NCBI GenBank assembly: GCA_963796685.1
Contig: CAWCMR010000008.1
Location: 576,001-640,000 of the forward strand
Length of the DNA stretch: 64,000 bases
Reading direction: 5' to 3'
Source of the DNA: an uncultured delta proteobacterium
GTDB taxonomy: Bacteria; Myxococcota_A; Polyangia; Fen-1088
In this document: in pieces, positions 51,856-63,415 of the stretch
Layout: every line of letters starts with the position of its first letter
How positions within the stretch are numbered: position 1 is the stretch's first letter
Notes under the pieces: generated by a model
What the model was told of the DNA's origin: nothing
Databases searched by the model: none
The model's input: only the letters and a program-made list of their open reading frames with translations
Made by a program: the position numbers and the translations under genes

Positions 51856-54800
51856 GTGACCATCACTTCGATATCGTCGTTCACTCCACAACAGATCCGG
51901 AGCCTCTCCGCGGTCGACCTGCGCAGCGTCTCCACGACGGATATCGCAACCCTTTCGACCACCCAGGTGCAGGCGCTCACGCCGGTCGAAATCACCGAGT
52001 TGACGCCCGAGCAGGTCGCCAATCTGACGGCCATCGAATGGCTCGCGTTTTCGCCCCCGCAACTCTCCGCCTTGACCCCATCGCAGGTCGCGGTCGTCAG
52101 CACGGGCAAGGTCACGGCGTTAACCACCACGCAGATTCAAGGCCTGCGGAGCACCGACATCGCCGAGCTCCTGCCCACGCAGATCGCGGCCCTCGCCGAG
52201 ACCGAGCTCGAAGCCCTGACCAGCGCCCAGATCAAGGGTATCAAGGCGACCCAGCTCGCGGCCTTGACCACCACGCAACTCGGCTACCTCTCCTCGACCC
52301 AGCTCGCCGGAATCACGGCCTTCGCCATCCCCGGCATGACCGACGAGCAGTGGTCCGCGCTGACCACCACCCAATTCGCCGGCTTGCCAGGCGGCTCTAT
52401 CAGCGCGCTCGATGCCGAGACGCTCGGCAAGCTGAGCAATACCCTCCTGGCCGCGCTCTCGACGGCGCAACTGAAGGGCTTGACCAGCACCAACGTCGGC
52501 GCCCTGGGTCTGCCCCAGCTGGCGGCCCTGAGCGAAACCCAGCTCGCCGGATTGACTTCCGCGGCTCTGCGCGGGCTGACCAACGACCAGGTCGTCGCGC
52601 TGACTACCACGCAGCTCGGCGACATGACGTCGTCGCAGCTCGCGGCGCTTACCACCACCGTGATCGCGGCCCTCACCCCGACCCAAATCGCGGGCCTCGC
52701 GACCACCCAGGTCCAAAGCCTCAGCGGCGCGAGTGTAGGGTTGCTGAGCATCGACCAGTTCGCGGCCTTCGTGGGGACGCAGTTGGCGGCGCTGACCACC
52801 ACCCAGCTGCGCGCCTTGAGCAGCACCGATCTCGGCAACCTGACCACCGGCGAGCTGGGCGCCCTGAGCGCCACACAACTGGGGGCATTCAATATGCTAG
52901 CGGTCCAAGGCCTGTCCGCGGACCAGCTGGCATCGCTGACGACCACCCAGACCGCCGGCCTCGGCGCCGGGCAACTTCGAGGGCTCTCCGTCGAGGCCGC
53001 CCAGGGCTTGACGACGTCACAGCTGGCCGCTCTGAGCACCACGCAGATCGTCGGGCTGACCAGCACCCGCATCGGCGCCCTGACATCCTCGGAGATCGCG
53101 ATCTTCAGCTCCACGCAGCTGTCCGCCCTGGTCGCGACCCAACTCAAGGGTCTCACGGCAGACCAGCTCGGCGAGCTGGCCGAGACGCAGCTGGCAGGAC
53201 TGTTGCCGGCGCAGCTTTCGGCCCTCACGACCACGACGGTCGCCGGATTCACCACCTCCCAGCTGACCTCGCTGACGACGACCCAGATCGCCGGTCTCAG
53301 CTCGGCTGGACTGAGCGCCCTGGATGCCGACCAATTCGCGGCGCTGGCCACATCACAATTGGCCGCCGTCACCAGCGCGCAGATGCGCGGCCTCACCAGC
53401 ACCGACATCGGCGATCTCGCGACCACGTCCCTGTGGTCGCTCAGCCCGACACAACTTTCCGCTATCACGAGCAGCGCCGTCGCGGGAATGAGCGAAGACC
53501 AACTCGCGGGCTTCAGCACGACGCAGATCCGGGCGCTCGGCTCCTCGCTTGTCGCCGCGCTGGCCGACACCCAGATCGGCGCCTTGACCACCACGCAAGT
53601 AGCCGCGCTGACGACCACGCAGTTGCGAGGCATCGGAAGCACGAACAGCGACCAGATAGCGGCTCTCGGCACCGACCAGGTCGCGGCCTTGTCGTCCATC
53701 CAGGTGGCCGCCATCACCACCACCGGGATTTCAGGCCTGACGGCGGACCAATGGGCCACCCTCACCACTACCCAAATTGCACGACTCGGCTCCGCAAGCG
53801 TGGGCGCCATATCCTCGGATCAGATGGCGTGGCTGCCCGAGACGCTGCTTGCGGCGCTCGCCAGCACCCAGATAGTCGGGCTGACGGCGACTGGCCTCGC
53901 CGCGCTCGACCTCGACCAGCTTGCCGTGCTCGCCAGCACCCAGCTCGCGGCGCTGGCCACCGGCTCGATCAGGGGACTCACCGACGAGCAGATTGCCGGA
54001 CTTGCGACCTCGCAGATCGCCGGGCTCACCGGCGCGCAACTTGGCGCGCTGACCATGACGGCCGTCGGAGCCCTGACCACGGACCAGTTGGCAGGCCTCA
54101 CCAACACGCAGATCAAAGGATTTGCTGGCGCCGGGGTCAGCGCACTGAGCCCCCAGCAGCTAGCAGCGTTCAGCACCTCGCAGCTGGCGGCACTGTCCAG
54201 CACCCAGCTCCGAAGCCTCACCAGCACCAACGTGAATGACCTGACCGCGGCCGAGCTCGCTGCGCTCGCGAGCACCCAGCTTGGCGCCCTCAGCACGAGC
54301 GCGATCGCCGGCTTGTCCCCGGAACAGCTCACTTGGATGACCACGACCCAGATGCTGGGCTTGACCTCGGCGCAGCTTGGGGCGCTTACGGTCGATACCG
54401 CTTCCGCGCTCGCGCCGACCCAGCCTGGCTGTGTTGACCGCTACCCAGGTCACGGGCCTGAGCAGGACGAGCATCGCAAGCCTGACCGAGGCCGACCTTG
54501 CCACCCTGAACGTGCGGCAGATCGCGGCCCTGACCACGACACAGGTCGCGGCCCTCGATCCCGACCAGCTCTCCCAATTCACGACCACCCAGGTGGCCGC
54601 CTTGAGCGCAACGCAGCTCGCCGGCCTCACTAGCGTTGCCGCCTCGGGCTTCGCCACGACCCAGCTGGCAGCCCTGACCACCGCCCAGCTGCGTGGGCTG
54701 ACTGGGATGGCGCTAAGCGCGCTGGATGCGGACCAGTTTGGAGCCTTGACCACGACGCAGATGGCCGCCCTGACGACCACGCAGGTCCGCGGCCTTGCCA

Positions 54801-57800
54801 GCGCCGATCTGGGCGAGCTCAGCACATCGGCCCTGGCAGCACTGACCTCCACGCAGGTGGCCTCGCTGCAACCAAACGCGTTCGCGGGGATGAGCGAGGA
54901 CCAGGTGTCCAGCCTGACCACGACCCAGGTGCGAGCCTTGACCGCGGCGGTCGTCGGAGCGCTGGCCAACACGCAGTTTGCAGCGCTGAGCACCGGCCAA
55001 TTGACGGTTTTGACCACGTCGCAGATGCGAAGCCTGGCTGCCACGAACCTCAGCTTGCTGACGGCCAGTGATCTCGCCGCGCTGACCTCGACCCAGCTGG
55101 CCGCTTTGACGACCGGTCAGATCCAAAGCCTGAGCGACGAGCAGTTCGCGCTTCTCACCTCGACCCAGATGGCCAGGATGAGCGCGACTCAGCTCAGCGC
55201 CCTTTCCACCACCGTGGTGGCGGCCCTGAGCACCACCCAGCTGGCGGCCTTGAGCACGAACCAGCTACGCGGTCTGAGCGCCGACGCCGTGAGCGATCTG
55301 AGCGAGGACCAGATGGCGGCCCTGGCGACCACACAACTGGCGTGGCTCACCACCACCCAGATCGCCGGCTTGACCGGCACCGACGTCTCCGAGCTGTCCA
55401 CCACCGAGCTTTCGACCCTGACCTCCGCCCAGGTGGGCGCCATCAGCGGCACGGCCTTGTCCGGGCTCAGCGCCGGCCAAGTGGCGCTGCTCACCACCTC
55501 GCAGGTGCGCGGGTTGACCGCGACCTCGGTCGCCGCGCTGGCGGACACGCAACTGAACGCGCTCGCCAGCACCCAGATCGCAGCCTTGTCGTCGAGCGCG
55601 ATGGCAGGGCTGACGTCGCAAGAGGCGGCGGAGCTGAGCACCACCCAGATCGCTGCCTTGCTGCCGGCGCAGATGGCCGCGCTGACCAGGACGGCGGTGG
55701 GTTCTCTCGACAGCACCCAGGTGTCCACGCTGTCGACCACGCAGATCGCCGCTCTGACCTCCGGACAAATCGGCGCGCTGAGCGCCACGGCGGTGGCGAG
55801 CCTGCAGACGACGCAAGTGGCGTCCATGAGCGCCATGCAAATGGTCGGGTTCACGGCCACGGGGCTCGGGTCGATGACCGCGAGCAACCTCGCCGGGTTG
55901 AGCAGCACGCAACTGCATGCCCTCACGGCTACCCAGATTGCCGGACTTTCGGGCGATACCGTGGCCGCCCTGGGCGTCACGGGCTTGTCCGCGTTGAGCG
56001 CCTCGCAGCTGTCCGCACTGAGCACCACCGGAGCGCAGGGCCTGAGCCAGGCGCAACTCCGGTCCCTGTCGACCAACCAGCTCAAAGGATTGACCGCCTC
56101 CGCGGTCGCGTCGTTGGCGTCCACGCAGATGGCCGCCCTGCTCACGACCCAGCTTTCGGGCTTGAGCACCACGGCGATCGCGGGCCTGAGCTCGCAGCAG
56201 GTGGCGGCCTTGAGCAGCGACCAGTTCGCGGCCTTTGGAACGACGCAGCTGGCGGCCTTGTCCGCATCGGGAGCACGGGGCCTGACCGGGGATCAATTGG
56301 GCGGTCTGGACAGCCCCAGGCTGTTCGCCCTCAAGGCATCCCAGCTCGCGGCGCTTTCCACCGCCCAGATGGGCGACCTGGCCGACACCCAACTGGCGGC
56401 CCTGTCCACCACGGGAATCAAGGGCCTCGTGCGTACGCAATTGGGGGCACTGTCGCTGACCCAACTCGGGGGCCTGACCCCGAGCCAGATCGCGGCCCTG
56501 TCGGGCGACGCGCTTTCCGGGCTGACCACCACCGAGGTGGCGGCGCTCACGGGGACCCAGCTCGAGGGGGTGAGCCCGGCCCAACTCGGACTCTTCACGG
56601 ACAGCCAGATTCTCGCCCTGACGCCGACCCAAGTCGGCCAGCTTTCCAGCACGCAGGTCGCAGGCCTGAGGGCATCGCAGATTGGCGATCTCAGCGCGGG
56701 TCAGATCGGCGCCCTCTCCATGACCCAGCTTCTCGCCCTCTCCACCAGCACGCTGGGCGGGCTGACCTCCACGCAAGTCGCCACCCTCGCCACCACGCAG
56801 CTCGCTGGGCTGGGAGAGGCCCAGATCAAAGCCCTGTCGACCACGGCCATCGGTGGGCTCACGAGCAGCGAGCTGCCGGTGTTGACCTCCAGCCAGGTTG
56901 GCGCGCTCACCCTGGCCCAGATCGCCGCCATGTCCGAAAAACAAATCGCCGGGTTGGCAACCACGCAGCTGGCGGCCCTGGGCAACGGCGCCATCGCCGG
57001 ACTCGCCGACACGCAGATTTCTGCCATGTCCACCGACCAGCTCACCAGCTTGTCCAACGCACAAATCGGCTCCCTGACGAACGCCGCGGTAGCCGGCCTC
57101 GGCACCGACGACCTGGCGGCCTTTGCCGACAGCCAGGTGGCCGCCCTTTCCCTGGGCGGTGTGGCGTCCCTTGGCGCGAGCCAGATGGCAGCCCTCAGAT
57201 CGGACCAGCTGGCGTCACTGTCCACGTCCCAGATAGCGTCGTTATCGACGACCGCGGTCGCGGCCATCGCCACGAGCTCCATCGCCAATCTGGCAGCGAG
57301 CCAGTTCGCGGCACTCACCGGCGAGCAATTCGGAGCGCTGACCGTGACCCAGATCGCCTCGTTCTCGACCGATCAAATCGCCCATCTCACGCCGGACCAG
57401 ATCGCCGGCATGGTCGACACCCAGGTGGCTGCGCTGGCCACCACCCAGCTTGCCGCGCTCTCACAAGGGCAGCTGGTCTTGCTCTCGGTGGTGGGCGTGG
57501 AGGGCTTCTCACCCGGCCAGATCGCGACGCTGACGACCAGCCAAATCGCGGCCCTTTCCGGCGACCAGCTGCAAAGCTTCAACCAAGAACAGCTGGCCGC
57601 TTTGACAGCGGGGCAGATCGGCGCCATGTCCGCCGATCAGCTCAACGGTCTCGCCGACACCGAAGTTGCGCTGCTGTCGAATACGCAACTGGGCGGCCTT
57701 ACGGAGACCCAGATGGCGGCGCTGGATACCGCGCAGGTGGGCAGCCTCACCAGCAACCAGCTGGAGGGGTTGACCCAGGGACAGCTTCTGGCGCTGAGCA

Positions 57801-60453
57801 CAGCGCAGATCGCCGCGCTCGGCGGCACGGCCATTGCCGGGATGACCACGGACAAGCTGGCGCTGCTGACCACGCGGCAGCTCGCGAGCCTGACGCCCGA
57901 TCAGTTCGGCGCGCTCGCCACGACGCAGATCGGGCTCTCGATGCGACGCAGCTCGGGGTGTTGACCCCCGCGGAGCTGGGTGGATTGACCGATACCCAGA
58001 TAGGCACCCTGGCAGCGACCCAGCTGGCGGCTCTCAACGGCACCCAGATGGCCGCCTTGCCGGTATCGGCGCTGGATGGCTTGACCGCGACGCAGATCGG
58101 TGGACTGTCGCAGACCCAGCTCAACCAACTGACGGGGGCGCAGCTGGCGGCCCTGAGCACGTCGCAGCTCGCGGTGTTGACGCCGACCCAAGTCGCTTTT
58201 CTGAGCACGACCCAGATACGCGGCTTGACCACCACGGTGGTCGCCGGGCTGACCACCAGCCAGCTCGACGCCCTTGCGCTCACGCAGTTGGCCGAGCTGA
58301 GTACAGGGCAAATCGCCGCCTTGGTCAGCACCGAGGTGGGGGCGCTCTTGGCCACCCAGCTGGCGGCCCTGAGCACGACCCAGATCGCCGCTCTCGGCAC
58401 CTCGGCCATCGTGGGACTGACCGCGGGCTCCCTGGCCGCCCTGAGCACGAAGCAGCTGGCAGCACTTTCGACGACCCAGATGGCAGCTTTGACGACGGCG
58501 CAGGTGGCAGCGCTGTCGACAAGTCAGCTACGTTCTCTTGCCGCCACCCAGATCAACGGGCTCACGTCCACCGCCGTAACGACCATGACCACCACGCAGA
58601 TCGCCGCACTCACCACCACCCAGTTGGCCGGATTGTCCTCCTCGGGCGTGAAGGGCCTCACCCCCGACCAGATCGACGCGCTGTCGTCGAGCCAATTCGC
58701 GGCGTTGACCGCCTCGGAGCTCGGCGCTCTGACCACGACGCAAGTGGGCCTGTTGCTGACAGCGCAAGTCGTCGCCCTTTCCACCACTCAGTTGAGAGGC
58801 TTGCCGGCAACCGCCATCGCCGCCTTGAGCGGCACGCAGCTCGACGCCCTCACCACGTCGCAGGTGGTGGCCTTGACGGCCGGACAGATGGCCGGGCTCA
58901 CGTCGAGCCAGCTTGCAGCGCTTGCCGCCACCCAGCTCGTGGCGCTGACGTCGACCCAGGTCGCGGGGCTGTCCACGACCGGGCTGGTCGGGTTGACGAC
59001 GGATGAGCTGAATGAGCTATCCACCAAACAACTGGCGGCAATCACGGCCGGACAGATGGCGGCGTTGACGTCGTCTCAAGTGGCCGGGATGTCTACGACC
59101 CAGATCTCGGCTCTCTCGCGCATTCAAATGGGCGCCCTCTCAGGCAGCGCGGTGGGGGCCCTCACCTCGACCCAAATCGGCACGCTGACCACCACCCAAG
59201 TTGCCGCCCTGTCCTCCACCGGCGCCACCGGCCTGACCCCGGACCAAGTCGCCGATCTCTCGCCCGACCAGTTGGCGGCCCTCACGTCGACTGCGCTGGC
59301 CGGTTTGTCCTCGACGACCATCGCTGGTTTGGGCTCAGGCGTTCTCGCCGCCCTGACCACCACCCAGTTCACGAGCTTGGGGGCGAGCGGCATCTCCGCC
59401 CTCACCACCAGCGTCCTGCAGGATCTGTCCACGACCCAAGTGGGACTCTTGACCGCCACCGAGATCGCCGGGCTGACGTCCAGTCAGATTGCGGCCTTGA
59501 CCACCGGTCAGATCGGGGCGCTGTCGACCTCGCAGATGTCCGCCATGTCCGCCAGTGGCATCAACGGCCTCACCCCGACCCAGGTTGCCGGACTCGCCGC
59601 GACCCAGCTGGCGGCCCTGTCCGCGACCCAGATGGCCGGTCTGTCCGACGCAGCGGTGTCCGGCCTGACCGGAGATGAATTCTCGGGCCTGACCACGACG
59701 CAGTTCAAGAGCTTGTCGGCAACCGGGGTGGCAGGGTTGTCGGCCGGCCAAATCGCGAGCCTCACCACTTCGCAGCTCGCCCTGCTCAGCGTCACGGAGC
59801 TGAGCGGGCTGACCAGCGCACAGGTCGGCGCCTTGACGCCCGCCCAATTCGCCACGCTGGCCACGAGCCAGATCGGTGCCTTGTCGGAGGAGGGCATCAC
59901 CGGAATGAGCCCGGCGCAGTTTGCGGCGATGAGCTCGACGCAATTCGCGGCCCTGACGTCCGACCAGCTAGCCGCGCTGACCACCGCCGAAGTGGGCATG
60001 TTGTCCACGTCCCAGATAGCCGCGTTGACCCCCGACCAGATTGGCGGTTTGGAGCGAATGCAACTTCGCTCCCTTTCCACGGCGCAGCTGGCCGCGTTGA
60101 CCACGACGCAGGTGGCGGCACTGGACGAGGTGCAGATCTCCAGCCTCACGGCGACCGAATTCCAGAACCTGTCGCCGGCCCAACTGGGAGCGCTAGGGCC
60201 GTGGCAGATGGCGGCCCTGACGGCCACCCAACTCGGCGCATTCGCGCCCACCCAGATAGCCGCGCTGGCGGCGACGCAGTTCAGCGAAATCACGACCACG
60301 ACCATCGCCGCGCTCTCGGTGACGACCTTATCGTCCTTGACGACCGAGGAGCTCGAAGCGCTCGATGCCACCCAAATCGACGCACTCACGGCAACCCAGT
60401 TGGCCAGCATGACGCCGGAACAATTGGCGGCCCTGAGTGACGCCGAAGTTTAG
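51856..60453 (+). CDS. Giant (~2,865 aa) Ser/Thr-rich octapeptide-repeat protein (compensating frameshifts near 54424 and 57933)
   Basis: Three ORFs continue the same xxxQ[LIV][AG][AG]L repeat in register. One extra C at CAGCCTGGCT and one missing G at ATCGGGCTCTC. GTG start with GGAG RBS. Confidence 0.85.
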
Positions 60454-60467
60454 CGAGAAGACAGCCG

Positions 60468-62531
60468 ATGGCGACCGACCTGTTCACGACTGCTATCATC
60501 CGATCGACCGCACGCAGCTTCAGCGTCGCCGACCTGATCCGCACGGCGGAGATGCTGAAGCAGGAGGCCCAGGCCGACCTGGTCGAGGTGCTGTATGCGA
60601 CCTGGGTCCAGCACAACCAGGACAACCCGCTGCTTTATGCGGTTCTATTCAACCACTCGGTCGTTCTCTCGGATGGCGGCAAGCTGGAGGCTGCTCGCGC
60701 GTGTCTGGAGAAAGCGTTGAAGCTCAATCCCGAGTTCATCCCGGCTCACATCAACCTGGGACGACTCTACGAAAGGCTGGGAAACGTCGCCCCGGCTCTC
60801 GTGCAATGGAGCGTCGCTCTGGCACGCATGGCGCCGGTGAACGGAGCCTCGGTGGGGTACAAGACGACTGCCCTCAATCAAAGCGGACGCGCGCTGGAAG
60901 CCGCCAATCAAGACGAGGCGGCGGAGGAGATGCTGCGACAGAGCCTCGAGCTGGACTCGCACCAAAGCGAGGTCATTCAGCACGTCGTCGCCCTTCGACA
61001 ACGGCAGTGCAAATGGCCAACCGTCCTGCCTTCGGAAAGAGTGTCGGCCAGGGCGCAGGTGGAGGGCATGTCGCCGCTGTCGATGGCCGCGCATACCGAC
61101 GATCCGATCATGCAGCTGGCCGCGGCGTGCAAGTACAACCGAGACGACGTCGGCACGCCCAAGGAGGCACACGTGGAGTGGCCGGCCGCAATCCCCGGCT
61201 CGGGCCGACTGAGGATCGGCTATCTGTCGTCCGATCTGCGCGAGCACGCGGTTGGGTTCCTGATGACCGAGGTGCTGGGTCTGCACGACCGGGAGGCGGT
61301 GGAGGTGTTCGCCTACTATTGTGGACCGGAGGCCAAGGACAAATTGCACGCGCATTTCCGCGAGACCGCGGACCACTTCAAGGACATCACGTCGCTCGGC
61401 GATGAAGCCGCCGCACGCCAGATGGTGGAGGACGGCATTCAGATCCTGGTCGACCTCAACGGTTACACCCGCGAGGCGCGCTTGAAGGTCGTGGCGCGTC
61501 GGCCGGCGCCGGTGATCGTCAACTGGCTGGGATTTCCCGGCACCATGGCCAGCCCCTACCACCACTACATCATTGCCGACGACTGGATCATCCCGCCGTC
61601 CCACGAGGGGTACTTCTCGGAGAAGGTGCTGAGGCTGCCGTGCTACCAGCCAAGCAGTCGCAAGCGCGAAGTCGCGGCCGCGACGCCGTCCCGCCGCGAC
61701 GTGGGTCTGCCGGCCGAGGGCATGGTCTATTGTTGCTTCAACGGCGCCCACAAGATCAATCGCTTCACCTTCAACCGATGGCTCATGATCATCGCCCGTG
61801 TGCCGGGCAGCGTGCTGTGGCTTCTGGGAGGCTCGGAGGCGGCCAATCGACGCTTGCAGGACTACGCCGCCGAGCGCGGCGTGGCCAAAGAACGGATCGT
61901 GTTCGGCGACAAGCTGCCGAATCCGGCGCACCTTGCGCGCTACGCCCTGGCGGATCTATTTCTCGATACGACCCCATACGGAGCCCACACCACCGCCTCC
62001 GATGCCCTGTGGATGGGCTTGCCGGTGCTGACGTTCAGCGGACGCTCGTTCGCCTCGCGGGTGTGCGGCAGCCTGGTGCGCGCGGCGGGAACGCCCGAGA
62101 TGGCGTGCAGCACGGCCGAGGAGCTGGTCGAACGCGCGGTCGAGCTCGGCAGCGAGCCCGGCAAGCTGGCCACGGTAAGGGACAAGCTGCGTGCCCAGCG
62201 CGACACGTGCGTTCTGTTCGACATGCCGCGCTTGGTTCGCCGCTTGGAAGATCTGTTCCGGCAGATGTGGCACGAGCACCAGAGCGGTCAGCTGCCGCAG
62301 CCGGATCTCGCGAACCTTGAAGTCTATCTAGAGGTGGGGAGCGAGGTCGACTACGACGATGTCGAAGTGCAGACCATCGCCGACTACGAGGGCTGGTGGC
62401 GGGCGCGGCTTGCCCGGCGGCATCACCTTCGCCCCATCCCCCACGACCGGCGCCTGGTACAGCCGTCGGAACAGTTTCGCCCTGGGGAATGTTCGCGCCA
62501 CCCGTATCCGGCGGACCACGGGAACCCCTGA
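60468..62531 (+). CDS. TPR-containing GT41 O-GlcNAc-transferase/SPINDLY-like protein glycosyltransferase
   Basis: TPRs, RIGYLSSDLREHAVG, LVDLNGYT, NWLGFPGT, CFNGAHKI, DLFLDTTPYGAHTTASDALWMGLPVLT, SRVCGSL. Confidence 0.93.
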   Translation: MATDLFTTAIIRSTARSFSVADLIRTAEMLKQEAQADLVEVLYATWVQHNQDNPLLYAVLFNHSVVLSDGGKLEAARACLEKALKLNPEFIPAHINLGRLYERLGNVAPALVQWSVALARMAPVNGASVGYKTTALNQSGRALEAANQDEAAEEMLRQSLELDSHQSEVIQHVVALRQRQCKWPTVLPSERVSARAQVEGMSPLSMAAHTDDPIMQLAAACKYNRDDVGTPKEAHVEWPAAIPGSGRLRIGYLSSDLREHAVGFLMTEVLGLHDREAVEVFAYYCGPEAKDKLHAHFRETADHFKDITSLGDEAAARQMVEDGIQILVDLNGYTREARLKVVARRPAPVIVNWLGFPGTMASPYHHYIIADDWIIPPSHEGYFSEKVLRLPCYQPSSRKREVAAATPSRRDVGLPAEGMVYCCFNGAHKINRFTFNRWLMIIARVPGSVLWLLGGSEAANRRLQDYAAERGVAKERIVFGDKLPNPAHLARYALADLFLDTTPYGAHTTASDALWMGLPVLTFSGRSFASRVCGSLVRAAGTPEMACSTAEELVERAVELGSEPGKLATVRDKLRAQRDTCVLFDMPRLVRRLEDLFRQMWHEHQSGQLPQPDLANLEVYLEVGSEVDYDDVEVQTIADYEGWWRARLARRHHLRPIPHDRRLVQPSEQFRPGECSRHPYPADHGNP

Positions 62532-62562
62532 AGGATTCCCATGGCCTGTTTTTCCCGCGTGT

Positions 62563-63213
62563 CTACCCTTCGACTTTGCAGTCGACCACGGTCGCGACCT
62601 CGACCTCTTCCGGGTTGGACCAGGCGCCGGTCGAAAGCCAGCGCACGCGCACGCCGCCGAGCTTGCCGGCGATCTTCAGATTGCACTTGGCGGTGAAGCG
62701 CTTGAGCGTGTCGCGCGGCCGGTTGGGGGGCTCCGCCTTGTAGCGCGCCTCCAGCGCGGGCTGAAGGAAGAGCCCGGGGATGAGGTAGAGGTGGCGATCC
62801 GAGGTGTAGAAGGGTTTGAGCTTGTCCTTCTCGTCGCCGTGCCAGGGCATGTTTTCGTCGGAGAAGCCACAGCGGTAGGATTCGATGCCCGTGGCTGCGG
62901 CGCAGTCGACGTCTGCGCGATCCGACGTCACGAGGGTGATGTCCGCGGCCACCGTGCTGCCGGCCTGTGGGGCTTGATCTCCGGGCGTGTGTTGCATGGC
63001 CAGGGCCGCGCCGATGATGACGACGGCGCCCACCCCGAGTCCGATGAACACTCGGCGTCGAGAGGTACTGGCGGCTTGGGCCTCGGGCGATTTCTCGGGA
63101 GCCTCCCCCGCGGCCTGCGGCTCCTCGCTGGCGACCTTCTGCTCCTCGGCGGGTGCCTTGGGCGATTCGGATTGTGGTTCGGCGCTTGCCTGCTTGTCCT
63201 GTTCGCTGTCCAC
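62563..63213 (-). CDS. Hypothetical single-pass membrane protein
   Basis: GTG start with AAAGGA RBS, acidic N-terminus, TM FIGLGVGAVVIIGAALA, Cys-containing C-domain. Confidence 0.7.
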   Translation of the reverse strand: MDSEQDKQASAEPQSESPKAPAEEQKVASEEPQAAGEAPEKSPEAQAASTSRRRVFIGLGVGAVVIIGAALAMQHTPGDQAPQAGSTVAADITLVTSDRADVDCAAATGIESYRCGFSDENMPWHGDEKDKLKPFYTSDRHLYLIPGLFLQPALEARYKAEPPNRPRDTLKRFTAKCNLKIAGKLGGVRVRWLSTGAWSNPEEVEVATVVDCKVEG

Positions 63214-63415
63214 GTTGACTCGTCCTTTCGTCTCGTTTGCATCGGGCCGTATGACTGACCGCCAGCCTTCGGCACTGTGCGACACCTGCGGATGCGCTCG
63301 GCAAGCCGGCGCATCCACCGCAAGGTTACCCACGGAAGGCACTTTTGGGAATGGTATCGTGCAAGCTAGATAGCCTGGTGCCCCCCGCCACCGCAAGGCA
63401 TGATGGCCCGCCCCG

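Noticed and set aside
54420-57940. Programmed frameshifting or phase variation splitting the giant gene into three proteins
   Set aside because: There is no slippery heptamer or long homopolymer, the repeat register continues across both sites, and similar indels hit enolase, so sequencing error is more likely.
51856-60453. Repeat region as a CRISPR array or DNA tandem repeat
   Set aside because: The periodicity is at the protein level with free synonymous variation. There is no constant repeat with unique spacers and no cas genes.
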